A DNA stretch of 64,000 nt from Nitrosopumilus sp. (GTDB lineage: Archaea > Thermoproteota > Nitrososphaeria > Nitrososphaerales > Nitrosopumilaceae), in contig OZ241981.1 of NCBI GenBank assembly GCA_965204345.1, forward strand, positions 736,001 through 800,000. The letters run 5' to 3'. Position 1 is the first letter of the stretch. Each line of letters begins with the position of its first letter. The position numbers and the translations under genes were made by a program. Under the pieces are notes generated by a model, which had not been told where the DNA came from, made no database searches, and worked only from the letters and a program-made list of their open reading frames with translations. This document shows, one piece after another, positions 9,140 to 18,252 of the stretch.

Positions 9140-10588
9140 CTATGGAACACTAATGATTCCTTCTTTTATGAGGAATTGGATTCCTTGGACAAAGTCAGTG
9201 TCACCTATTGTGCCATCTGCCCACCACCCTGCATTGGTCTTAACCCAACCAGGAATAGTGCCAGAACCAGATGAGGAGCCCTGTGCAGTTGGAGGAATTT
9301 CTATTATTCCTTTTTCTATGAGGAACTGGATTCCTTGGACAAAGTCAGTGTCACCTATTGTGCCATCTGCCCACCACCCTGCATTGGTCTTGATCCAGCC
9401 AGGGATTTTTTGGACTGAGACATTGCGATCAGGAGCAAAGATAGGGACAGTGAATTGCAAGAAATCAGGCTGGGATGGAACTATTCCTTGAGGAGCCAAG
9501 CCATAAACCCAAACTGCGTAATTTGCCATGCCAGGCTCTTCTTCTACAATCAAATCAAGAATAGCTTGTCCAGACGGTGAGTAAAGATAGTCACGGCCTT
9601 CTTCTGCTGCAACAGATCTTAGGGGCTTTAGATTATCATCAACAGTTAGAAAATCATATTGAACCTGGTTAAGAAATTCAGTATCATCAAATTTGCTAAT
9701 GAATTTAATTAAAAACTGTATTTCACATCCTTGGACAGGATCTTCAGGACCATAAAAGATATGAATTTGATATTCAAAATTGGTTGTTGGTTTTTTTATG
9801 CTGACTTCTTTTTCAAAATCAACATCACATCCTTTGGCAACTAGTGCATTTACTGTGGGAATGACATCATCAAATGGACTTTGTGAGACGTTCTCTTGGT
9901 AATCTAATAATGTAAATATGTACTCTGCTGGAGGTATGCCTTCTGAAACATGTGTGAAAGTGCGAGCTTTGATTGGAAATGGGAAATCATCAACAATCCA
10001 AACTTTACTTGCATATCCTCCAGTCTTCCAACCTACTTGAACAGTTTCCCAAGTTCCAGCAGGAACAGTGATTGTTTCAATTGCAACCGGAATAATTTGT
10101 TGTCCGCCAATGTTTCCAATTTTCCCCCATGATGCTGCTGAAAATTCTTTTGGACCTTTACCGCCGGAGCTGCCATCAGCAGTTGCAAATGCAGATAACC
10201 AAGCAATAGAGGATTTGAAAGCACTCCTATAGACGCCCAGGTTTTCAGTACCGCCAGTTGGTTCAGGAGCAATTTTTCCCAACTCTATTTCGCCCTTGAC
10301 AACTTTGTTACCATCATAAACAACAACTTCAGCTAGCCACTTTGTTTCACTGCCAACTTGTTTCTCACCCTTTATCCAAAAATCCATACCAAACTCAATA
10401 CATTCTTTATAATCTACATGACACATTGAATAGGAAAAAAAGTCATTCTTTTTGAGACCTTCACCGGCATACCAAGAACCTTCTTTATCAACACCGCCTG
10501 CTTCAATTTGTCCAAATGCAAGTAAAGGCAAAGACAGCCCTAAAACAAGTAGTGGAATAAGGGATAACAGTAATAGTTGTTGCTTCAA
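9140..10588 (-). CDS. Secreted thaumarchaeal surface protein with two C-terminal IPxWxKxNAGWWADG modules (copy 1)
   Basis: Signal peptide; duplicated C-terminal module typical of Nitrosopumilaceae exported proteins. Confidence 0.85.
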   Translation of the reverse strand: MKQQLLLLSLIPLLVLGLSLPLLAFGQIEAGGVDKEGSWYAGEGLKKNDFFSYSMCHVDYKECIEFGMDFWIKGEKQVGSETKWLAEVVVYDGNKVVKGEIELGKIAPEPTGGTENLGVYRSAFKSSIAWLSAFATADGSSGGKGPKEFSAASWGKIGNIGGQQIIPVAIETITVPAGTWETVQVGWKTGGYASKVWIVDDFPFPIKARTFTHVSEGIPPAEYIFTLLDYQENVSQSPFDDVIPTVNALVAKGCDVDFEKEVSIKKPTTNFEYQIHIFYGPEDPVQGCEIQFLIKFISKFDDTEFLNQVQYDFLTVDDNLKPLRSVAAEEGRDYLYSPSGQAILDLIVEEEPGMANYAVWVYGLAPQGIVPSQPDFLQFTVPIFAPDRNVSVQKIPGWIKTNAGWWADGTIGDTDFVQGIQFLIEKGIIEIPPTAQGSSSGSGTIPGWVKTNAGWWADGTIGDTDFVQGIQFLIKEGIISVP

Positions 10589-10757
10589 ATCTAAAAAAAA
10601 TAGGCAAGACAGATAGTTAAACGTTTTTCAAAGATATAAAAAATGAGAAAAGTCACAGTATCAAATTACAACAATTTGAATGTAAAACAATTAGAATAAA
10701 ACCATCATTTGTGCAGGCACCAGGTTTAGAATTACTAGTAATAAAAATGCCAATAGA

Positions 10758-12212
10758 CTATGGAACACTAATGATTCCTTCTTTTATGAGGAATTGGATT
10801 CCTTGGACAAAGTCAGTGTCACCTATTGTGCCATCTGCCCACCATCCTGCGTTAGCCTTAACCCAACTAGGAATAGTGCCAGAACCAGATGAGGAGCCCT
10901 GTGCAGTTGGAGGAATTTGTATTATTCCTTCTGTTATCAGAAATTGGATTCCTTGGACAAAGTCAGTGTCACCTATTGTGCCATCTGCCCACCACCCCGC
11001 ATTGGTCTTGACCCAGCCAGGGATTTTTTGGACTGAGACATTGCCATCAGGAGCAAAGATAGGGACAGTGAATTGCAAGAAATCAGGCTGGGATGGAACT
11101 ATTCCTTTAGGAGCCAAGCCATAAACCCAAACTGCGTAATTTGCCATGTCGGGCTCTTCTTCTACGATCAAATCAAGAATAGCTTGTCCAGACGGTGAGT
11201 AAAGATAGTCACGACCTTCTTCTTGTGCAATAGATCTTAGGGGCTTTAGATTATCATCAACAGTTAGAAAATCATATTGAACTTGGGTAAGAAATTCAGT
11301 ATCATCAGATTTTTTGATGAACTTAATTAAAAATTGCATTTCACATCCTTGTACAGGATCTTCAGGACCATAAAAGATATGAATTTGATATTTAGAATAT
11401 TTTGTTAGTTTTTTAATGCCAACTTCTTTTTCAAAATCAACATCACACCCCTTGTCAATTAATACATTCTCTGTGGAAATGACATCATCAAATGGACTTT
11501 GTGAGACGTTCTCTTTATAATCTAATAATGTAAATATGTATTCTGGTGGAGGTATGCCTTCTGAAACATGTGTGAAAGTGTGAGCTTTAATTGGAAATGG
11601 GAAATCATCAAGAATCCAGACTTTACTTGCCTCTCCCCCAGTCTTCCAACCTATTTGAACAGTTTCCCAAGTTCCAGCAGGAACAGTGATTGTTTCAATC
11701 GCAGTCGGAATAATTTGTTCTCCACCAATGTTTGCAATTTTCCCCCATGATACTGCTTTGAATTCTTTTGGTCCTTTACCGCCAGGGCCATCATAAGAAG
11801 TTGCAAATGCAGATAACCAACCAATGGAGGATTTGAAAGCACCCCTATAGACGCCCAAGTTTTCAGTACCGCCAGTTGGCTCAGTAATAATTTTTCCCAA
11901 CTCCATTTCACCCTTGACAACTTTGTAACCATCATAAACAACAACTTCAACTATCCACTTTGCTTTATTCCCAACTTGTTTCTCATCTTTTATCCAAAAA
12001 TCCATACCAAACTCAACACATTCTTTATGATCTACATGACACATCGAATAGGAAAAATAGTCATTCTTTTTGAGACCTTCACCTACATACCAAGAACCAT
12101 CTTTAGGAACACCGCCTGATTGGAATTGTCCAAATGCAAGTGAAGGCAAAGACAGCCCTAAAACAAGTAGTGGAATAAGGGATAACAATAATAGCTGTTG
12201 TTGGTGCTTCAA
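10758..12212 (-). CDS. Paralogue of 9140..10588 (copy 2)
   Basis: Colinear and highly similar along the whole length. Confidence 0.85.
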   Translation of the reverse strand: MKHQQQLLLLSLIPLLVLGLSLPSLAFGQFQSGGVPKDGSWYVGEGLKKNDYFSYSMCHVDHKECVEFGMDFWIKDEKQVGNKAKWIVEVVVYDGYKVVKGEMELGKIITEPTGGTENLGVYRGAFKSSIGWLSAFATSYDGPGGKGPKEFKAVSWGKIANIGGEQIIPTAIETITVPAGTWETVQIGWKTGGEASKVWILDDFPFPIKAHTFTHVSEGIPPPEYIFTLLDYKENVSQSPFDDVISTENVLIDKGCDVDFEKEVGIKKLTKYSKYQIHIFYGPEDPVQGCEMQFLIKFIKKSDDTEFLTQVQYDFLTVDDNLKPLRSIAQEEGRDYLYSPSGQAILDLIVEEEPDMANYAVWVYGLAPKGIVPSQPDFLQFTVPIFAPDGNVSVQKIPGWVKTNAGWWADGTIGDTDFVQGIQFLITEGIIQIPPTAQGSSSGSGTIPSWVKANAGWWADGTIGDTDFVQGIQFLIKEGIISVP

Positions 12213-12337
12213 ATCTAAAAAAAATAGGCAAAACAGATAGTTAAACGTTTTTTAAAGATGTAAAAAATGAGAAAAATAGGTACAAAGTACCTTTTCAAAT
12301 AAGCAAATATAGAGGAATAAGTGGAGAAATTCCAGAA

Positions 12338-12505
12338 ATGTGCGAATGTTCAAAAGTTCACTTGTTTGAAGTAGAATTCAAATTAGATGGAATGACAGTA
12401 GTTCCTACTCATAAAAATTGCGGATTTGCACTAGATGAAAAACAGGCAGAAAAGTTCCAAAAGGAGCTAGTAAAATCATGGGGCTTTGAAGAGGAAGAGG
12501 AATAA
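12338..12505 (+). CDS. 55-aa small protein with CxC...HxxC motif and acidic tail
   Basis: MCECSKVHLFEVEFKLDGMTVVPTHKNCGFALDEKQAEKFQKELVKSWGFEEEEE*; AT-rich box about 30 nt upstream. Confidence 0.8.
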   Translation: MCECSKVHLFEVEFKLDGMTVVPTHKNCGFALDEKQAEKFQKELVKSWGFEEEEE

Positions 12506-12552
12506 TAATAATAATTAAAAAATAAAAAGTAAGTTATTGGAATTTTATCCAA

Positions 12553-12696
12553 TTACATATCTTTAGTTGCTTCTTTACAAACGTCGGTATTACATTTGCA
12601 ATCAGAGCTGCAAATACAATGACCTTGCATTGCACAATCACATGAATAATCTGGATCGCCGCTGTCAGCTTCGCATCCACATGCTTGATCTACCAT
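12553..12696 (-). CDS. Metallothionein-like 47-aa Cys-rich protein
   Basis: MVDQACGCEADSGDPDYSCDCAMQGHCICSSDCKCNTDVCKEATKDM*; 9 Cys including four CxC, 1 His; TTTTAAAA about 25 nt upstream. Confidence 0.8.
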   Translation of the reverse strand: MVDQACGCEADSGDPDYSCDCAMQGHCICSSDCKCNTDVCKEATKDM

Positions 12697-12748
12697 GGTA
12701 GTCAATGATTTTACTTGTTTTAAAAGGTTAGCACAGATACGTCAAATA

Positions 12749-13633
12749 TTACGCACTTGAAAGAATCCCAAGAATATCACTGCAGGACTGCTGTATGAGA
12801 TCAGAGTGTTCTAAAAGAAGGTTAGAGTCAGCCTCAACATCAAATGCGATTTTTAGAATATGAAAGAGATCCTCCTCCCCATGTAGGGTATCCCTAATTT
12901 TTATAAAATTTTCCTTGTTGAGATATCCCAAGTAAAAATAACAGTCAGAGATCATGGAGTTTTTTACAAAATAGTCATGCTGCAATTCAATGATTTCAGA
13001 GCGGTTATTTTTTTCCACCAAATCTGAGAAACCAACGGTGGATTTTAGCATGCGCTCAAGCAGCGTTGGGGTGGCACGTTCAATTCCAACGACCTGAGTT
13101 ATGGTGGAAATATGCTCATTGACTGGATTTTTATCAAATCTGCGTAATAAATCCAGCATGTGTGAAGAACTAGAACGCCTGAGATTAATCGAGGAAATGG
13201 CATCAGCCAAATAAAAAATCGCACATTTTTGCCAGCAGGGCGCAAATACATTGGAGCATTCAAGGGCATCCCTAGTTTTTTGACAGCAGAATTGGGATTC
13301 TATTAAACAGTTTTTTGCAAAATCGGCAAATAACGAGGATTGTCTTTCATTAATTTTAGAAAGCAGCATCTTCAAATCCCAAGACTCATCCTCAATGACT
13401 TGCATGTTATGAAATTGCAAAAGCTTCTCAGAACTAGTTTCAGACAAGGAGGCATGATGAACCCTTACAAAGTCGTTACCGGATTTGAAAATTGTGTCAG
13501 ATTCTTTTTTCTCATCAAATACGAATAGATCATAGTCACACGAGCTAAAAAACGAATCAGAGGCTCTGCACCCACCCAAACCGACAGGAAAGGAACAAAA
13601 GTCATTTTCTTTGATGAAATTTTTGATATCCAC
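12749..13633 (-). CDS. Hypothetical protein with pol-beta nucleotidyltransferase-like N-terminus
   Basis: 'VGLGGCRA....SCDYDLFVF' resembles hG[GS]..DxD; helical C-terminal half. Confidence 0.6.
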   Translation of the reverse strand: MDIKNFIKENDFCSFPVGLGGCRASDSFFSSCDYDLFVFDEKKESDTIFKSGNDFVRVHHASLSETSSEKLLQFHNMQVIEDESWDLKMLLSKINERQSSLFADFAKNCLIESQFCCQKTRDALECSNVFAPCWQKCAIFYLADAISSINLRRSSSSHMLDLLRRFDKNPVNEHISTITQVVGIERATPTLLERMLKSTVGFSDLVEKNNRSEIIELQHDYFVKNSMISDCYFYLGYLNKENFIKIRDTLHGEEDLFHILKIAFDVEADSNLLLEHSDLIQQSCSDILGILSSA

Positions 13634-13742
13634 ACATCACATGCCAAGGGTTTTTCTATAAAGGAACAAAGTCATAAAAATTTACAAGTTCATAAAGTCA
13701 AAGCATTTCCTTTAAATTAAGATTACATTTATTTTTCATCAA

Positions 13743-13817
13743 GCTCCTATAGTGTAGTCCGGTTAAGCATTTTGGCTTCTCAAGCCAAAGACTCGGGTTC
13801 AAATCCCGATGGGAGCA
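13743..13817 (+). tRNA. tRNA-Glu(CTC)
   Basis: Acceptor GCTCCTA/TGGGAGC, anticodon arm TTGGC-TTCTCAA-GCCAA, T arm GGTTCAAATCC; no intron. Confidence 0.96.
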
Positions 13818-14045
13818 TTGCATATTTGATCTAATGCTAGGCATTGCCACATTTTAAAACAGCAAACTTTAGGCAAGAGACAAGGCAAAACCAAACCATG
13901 GCATCATTTCAAAAAGATATGGCCTAAAACCCCGAGCTAATCTGAATCACACATGTTTTTAAGATAACTGATAAAACCATGATTGCCCTTGTTTTTCAAA
14001 ACGGCACAGTTGTTTCTTTAAATAACAAAATTATGACGGGTTATT

Positions 14046-14702
14046 ATGAACCTAAGAGAAATCCAATTAAAAGAAGAGTACCGCTCAGACAGGGACGATA
14101 TTGTAACAGAGTTCTTTTTTCCTTGTTTGAGTAACTGTATAGAATATGACAGATGTGTGGATTTTTTATCGATTCAGACACTGGCCACAATATCCATAGC
14201 GTTTGAGAACTTTACAGAAGGCAAGGCAAAACTACGAATGATTACGGGACACCGATTCAAGACCGGCGATCTGGACTTGCTTACAAAATTATTTTCTGAG
14301 AAATTTACAGGGTCATTGGAGGGCAAGCTGATCAAGGATGCCAAAATTCAAAAGCTCCAGAGAATTGTAAATAACGGGCAGATAGAATTAAAGATTGCAA
14401 TCCCAAATTCAGAGCAGGTTGCAGATTCATTTTCAGAAAGAATTGGAATATTCAGGGATGGCAATGATCAAATAGTGGCATTTACAGGAACGTCAAGGGA
14501 ATCGTTTTCGACTCAGACCAGGGACTTTGAATCCGTGGATGTGTTTACATCATGGAATGACAAATCAAGAGTGGATAGAAAAATGAAGGATTTTGAGGAC
14601 CTGTGGGAGAACAAAACAAAGTACGTTCAGGTATATGATTTTATGGAGGCAGAAAAAAACAGCCTCTTAAAGTATTCATCAGAGTGGATTCTGCAAGACT
14701 AG
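14046..14702 (+). CDS. Stand-alone degenerate PLD-like domain (resembles the N-terminus of PLD-SF2 helicase fusions)
   Basis: 'YRSDRDDIVTEFFFPCL...YDRCVDF' and 'FSERIGIFRDGNDQIVAFTGT..ES...DFESVDVFTSW..FEDLWEN'. Confidence 0.75.
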   Translation: MNLREIQLKEEYRSDRDDIVTEFFFPCLSNCIEYDRCVDFLSIQTLATISIAFENFTEGKAKLRMITGHRFKTGDLDLLTKLFSEKFTGSLEGKLIKDAKIQKLQRIVNNGQIELKIAIPNSEQVADSFSERIGIFRDGNDQIVAFTGTSRESFSTQTRDFESVDVFTSWNDKSRVDRKMKDFEDLWENKTKYVQVYDFMEAEKNSLLKYSSEWILQD

Positions 14703-15262
14703 AACTGAAACGATTCTTCTACTCTAGACTTGTTTTCATAAAAGTTCATTCGGTTAATTTTATAATAAATTACTTCGCCACGGCGCTCTATTACTGCAAT
14801 TATGGATTCCTTGCCCATTTGAGTAATTTCTTCAATCTTTTTTTGAAGGGTTCCCATTTTTTCCTGCTTGCCCTCATTTAGGCCAAAAATGAGGAACTTG
14901 GCACCCTTTTCTCCATAGTGTCCTCGCTCATAAACTCGAAAATCAGATCCAAATCCAAATCCGTCCTTTACAACATAGCCCCTATTGCGCAAGTCACGGT
15001 ATATCAGAAATTTGGCAAGTATTTCAGAATCAGACTTTTGACAGAATCCGATAAAAAAATCAAAATCAATCTGTCTTTTGTTCTTTTTTAGGATTAATCT
15101 CCCAGTGTATAGCAGATAGAGGGTCTCAAAAGATTTTAAAAATAATTTCTCATTTTCAATCTCCCCAAATCCCTTTTGATCAAGCTCGTGAATCATCGTC
15201 CTATCAGATATGCAGGCTTGATCTGAGATCAGCTCGCCTCTCACAATGGGGGTTTCTTCCAT
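14699..15262 (-). CDS. endA: tRNA-splicing endonuclease subunit (probably the structural beta subunit)
   Basis: 'YRDLRNRGYVVKDGFGFGSDFRVY'; catalytic His after this motif not evident; ATG at 15262 preferred. Confidence 0.85.
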   Translation of the reverse strand: MEETPIVRGELISDQACISDRTMIHELDQKGFGEIENEKLFLKSFETLYLLYTGRLILKKNKRQIDFDFFIGFCQKSDSEILAKFLIYRDLRNRGYVVKDGFGFGSDFRVYERGHYGEKGAKFLIFGLNEGKQEKMGTLQKKIEEITQMGKESIIAVIERRGEVIYYKINRMNFYENKSRVEESFQF

Positions 15263-15352
15263 AACAAGAGGGGATTTGATGAATTTCAATATAAGCATTG
15301 GAGAGACATGGATGGCTAACCGTTAAAATATGGGCATTCCTGCTTGAAGATT

Positions 15353-15862
15353 ATGCACGGTGCAAATTATAGGGATGGAACAGGCCAGGTATTCACACGA
15401 AAAGAGTACATCAAAGGCAAGCCGCAAATCAAGATTGCAAAATTTCAAGGCGGCAAAAGGGGGACATACCAGCACTGTGTCCAGCTGTTGCTAAATGAAA
15501 AAATACAGATTAGACACATGGCAATTGAATCAACTAGGCTCGCAGCAAACAAGACACTGGAAAAAACAACGGGGGAAACGGGCTATTATTCAAGATTACG
15601 GATTTATCCGCACAATCTTCTCAGGGAAAACAAGCAGATTGCTACTGCAGGTGCAGACAGGGTCTCAGAAGGAATGAGAAGATCATGGGGAAAGGCAGTC
15701 AGTCTGGCTGCCAGGGTAAGACAGGGCCAGTGCATAATGGAATTATACGTCAATGGCGATGCCCACTTGGAGGCAGCAAAGAAGGCACTGCAGGGCGCAT
15801 GTGTAAAACTGCCAGGCACCCCGTTGATCAAAGTAATAGAGTGGAACAAATTATCACCATAG
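15353..15862 (+). CDS. rpl10e: 50S ribosomal protein uL16 (L10e)
   Basis: 'LRIYPHNLLRENKQIATAGADRVSEGMRRSWGK'. Confidence 0.97.
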   Translation: MHGANYRDGTGQVFTRKEYIKGKPQIKIAKFQGGKRGTYQHCVQLLLNEKIQIRHMAIESTRLAANKTLEKTTGETGYYSRLRIYPHNLLRENKQIATAGADRVSEGMRRSWGKAVSLAARVRQGQCIMELYVNGDAHLEAAKKALQGACVKLPGTPLIKVIEWNKLSP

Positions 15863-16117
15863 AGAGTCCAAGTCAGGTTTTTTGTTTTGGATAAACTCTA
15901 AAAATTCTTCAAACTCTGATAAAGTAGGTTCCCGGTCTAGAATTCTTTTGGACTGGTAGTAAAATGCATTGTAGACTCTTCCCACGACAATTCCCAGAGC
16001 AAAGGATTTTGAACTATCAACGCTTGAGAGAAGCTGCACTAGCTCTTTAATCTCGTCTTTGTTGGAGATGATATCTTGGATTTTTTGGTCTAGTTTTTTT
16101 AGAAGGATTTCATCCAT
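15854..16117 (-). CDS. Small hypothetical protein
   Basis: 87 aa, 'FALGIVVGRVYNAFYYQSKRILDREPT..EFEEFLEFI'. Confidence 0.75.
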   Translation of the reverse strand: MDEILLKKLDQKIQDIISNKDEIKELVQLLSSVDSSKSFALGIVVGRVYNAFYYQSKRILDREPTLSEFEEFLEFIQNKKPDLDSLW

Positions 16118-16180
16118 AGGATATCTTGACGGAAATAGTTAAAAACAGTTTAATATCCAAATCCATCCCTTAGGATTGTT

Positions 16181-16257
16181 GCAGTTATAGTATAGTCTGG
16201 TTAGTACTCGTGCTTGCCAAGTACGTGACCCGGGTTCAAATCCCGGTAACTGCACCA
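16181..16257 (+). tRNA. tRNA-Gly(GCC) with encoded CCA
   Basis: Acceptor GCAGTTA/TAACTGC-A-CCA, anticodon arm CGTGC-TTGCCAA-GTACG, T arm GGTTCAAATCC. Confidence 0.96.
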
Positions 16258-16258
16258 C

Positions 16259-16684
16259 CTAGTTCTTGGGATCTAGTGCATCCTGAATTATTTCCAAGGC
16301 ATCATGAGCTTTTTCCGGACGCGGTAACTGAATCATAAATACGTTATCCTTGCCATAGTTGGACTTTGGGGAGGCAAGTGCAAGCATGGATGTTTTTGCA
16401 AGGGACTCAAAGAATGCAAGATCAGTCCTTGCATTAACTAGGAACTTTTCAACAATGTCACACTTTGAGAAAGTCAAAACTATCTCAACAAAAGCATTTC
16501 CCAGGCCGTCCTGCAAGATATTCAAGTCAGTGCTAATTGATGAGGCCTGCCCTGCAAGCTTTGATAGTATTTGATCATATGCCTTCTCATCTAGCTCTAT
16601 GCAGGGAGTCTCTTTTCCATCAAAATCAAAAGTAGTAATCCCGCCATGCACTTTGTCTAATAATTTCTGGAGCTCATCAGACAT
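16259..16684 (-). CDS. Hypothetical protein
   Basis: 141-aa ORF overlapping the antiporter stop. Confidence 0.75.
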   Translation of the reverse strand: MSDELQKLLDKVHGGITTFDFDGKETPCIELDEKAYDQILSKLAGQASSISTDLNILQDGLGNAFVEIVLTFSKCDIVEKFLVNARTDLAFFESLAKTSMLALASPKSNYGKDNVFMIQLPRPEKAHDALEIIQDALDPKN

Positions 16685-18005
16685 TTTCTTTATCTTCCAA
16701 GGCAGGTATGATTTTGTCGCCTGCCTTTAGCAAAAATGGAGAGATAAACGCAGTAATGATTGAGATTATTCCTATCAGGGGGAACAGGAAGGCACTGACT
16801 GCGCCAATATCGACACCGACCTTTACAATAACAATGGAGAATTCGCCTCTTGGTGCGGCCAAAGTAAACGCAGAGCGCAGTGCCTTGCCACGTCGCTGTC
16901 TAAAGATCAGATTCCCAATCATGTTACCGCCAAATTTCATTCCGGTAGCAACGGCAATCAGAGCTAGGGCAACAAGAATATAGTTTTCAAGCTGGGAGAC
17001 ATCCATTAGCGCGCCAACTGAGATAAAGAAGATGGCTACAAACATGTCTTTGATGGGGCTGGAGAGCAGTTTTGCTACCTCAGCGGATTTGGATTCTGCT
17101 ACAAGTACGCCGGCTAAAAACGCGCCTATTGCAACTGAGAGTCCAACGATATTTGCCAGTAGCGAGTAGCCAAAACAGACGCCAAGAACACTGAGTAGCA
17201 AAATTTCACGGTTCTCAGCAGATGCAACCCTGTCAATGAGGGGGGGAATTACGCGGGTCCCCACAGTAAATGTTCCGACAATAAGGCCGGTTGCAACCAG
17301 CACGACTACAATGATTGATTCAACAGATACGGTTCCAACTAGGGCAATAGACTGTAACGAGGAGATCAGGATAACGGCAATTACGTCTTCTACAATCAGG
17401 ATACCAAGAACCAAAATGGAGGATTCCTTTTTGATCCTTCCCATCTCTTCTAAGAGTTTGACAATTATTGCAGTACTGGATATAGACAATGCCGCAGAAA
17501 TAAATAATGCGTCCATAAACTCTAACCCAAGCGCACTAGATGCATAGAACAAGACGCCCAAGCTGGAAAACAGGCCAATGGTTCCTACCCCAATTGCCAC
17601 ACGCCCAATACTCTTAATTTTTGCGTATGGAAACTCTATTCCGATTACAAAGAGAAGTAAAATAACACCAATCTCTGCAAAAAGATTCAATGCAGAAATG
17701 TCAGACAAGATTCCAACGCCTTCCAAGACGTCTATGGATGGGCCGCCGCTAGGCAAAACCCAGGACCAAAGAGGGGAAAGAGGCCCTATTAGCATTCCGG
17801 CAAAGAGGTAGCCTATGATCAGCGGCTGTTTTATCTTAAAGAAAGCAAGGGTGACAACTGCACCAATAATCATAATAAATGCCAGATCAGTAATAAAGCT
17901 AGTATGGGGCAGCTCAGGGGTAATTTGCTCAATCAGACTGCTCACAGTGCTGTTAAGAGAACTCTGAATTCCGCTTGAATCCAGCTGAAGTGAAATGTTT
18001 TGCAT
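16677..18005 (-). CDS. Cation:proton antiporter, CPA2 (Kef-type) family
   Basis: About 12-13 TM; 'SISSTAIIVKLL', 'LGILIVED', 'GAFLAG', 'PRGEFS'. Confidence 0.93.
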   Translation of the reverse strand: MQNISLQLDSSGIQSSLNSTVSSLIEQITPELPHTSFITDLAFIMIIGAVVTLAFFKIKQPLIIGYLFAGMLIGPLSPLWSWVLPSGGPSIDVLEGVGILSDISALNLFAEIGVILLLFVIGIEFPYAKIKSIGRVAIGVGTIGLFSSLGVLFYASSALGLEFMDALFISAALSISSTAIIVKLLEEMGRIKKESSILVLGILIVEDVIAVILISSLQSIALVGTVSVESIIVVVLVATGLIVGTFTVGTRVIPPLIDRVASAENREILLLSVLGVCFGYSLLANIVGLSVAIGAFLAGVLVAESKSAEVAKLLSSPIKDMFVAIFFISVGALMDVSQLENYILVALALIAVATGMKFGGNMIGNLIFRQRRGKALRSAFTLAAPRGEFSIVIVKVGVDIGAVSAFLFPLIGIISIITAFISPFLLKAGDKIIPALEDKENV

Positions 18006-18026
18006 GCTATCACTTAGTAAATTTGT

Positions 18027-18197
18027 TTAAAAACGATATGCATGATAAATTTCAAAGAAAAGCAACAAATTGCAGCAAGCCCAAGGATTTTTAAAATCTT
18101 TAACCCCCTTGTGCCTAAACAAGTAGTCCATGTGTAGAATGATGAGGAGGTCATCTGAACATAATGAGGAGATATGACCTGGGGTATCTGACTGCAT
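18027..18197 (-). CDS. Possible 56-aa small protein
   Basis: MQSDTPGHISSLCSDDLLIILHMDYLF...; TATTAATA about 25-30 nt upstream, shared with the divergent gene. Confidence 0.3.
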   Translation of the reverse strand: MQSDTPGHISSLCSDDLLIILHMDYLFRHKGVKDFKNPWACCNLLLFFEIYHAYRF

Positions 18198-18227
18198 ATT
18201 GGTTAGTTTGTAATCACCTAATTATTA

Positions 18228-18252
18228 ATAGTACGGTACCATACCGTACTAT
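18228..18252. promoter_or_regulatory. Perfect inverted repeat (putative operator) between TATA box and start codon
   Basis: atagtacggta-cca-taccgtactat. Confidence 0.75.

Larger units (their letters stand above)
9032..12274. repeat. Head-to-tail ~1.62-kb tandem duplication (9032-10650 / 10651-12274)
   Basis: 'agtcacagtatcaaattacaacaatttgaatgtaaaac...' occurs at 9032 and 10651; promoter-side 'cagatagttaaacgttttt...aaaaaatgagaaa' ends at 10650 and 12274. Confidence 0.95.

Noticed and set aside
9140-12212. Paralogue pair as DGR template and variable repeat
   Set aside because: Differences are not adenine-specific, both copies are full genes, and no reverse transcriptase is in the window
13743-16257. 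tRNA-anchored integrated element between the two tRNAs
   Set aside because: No integrase or duplicated tRNA 3' end seen; the interval holds core genes endA and rpl10e
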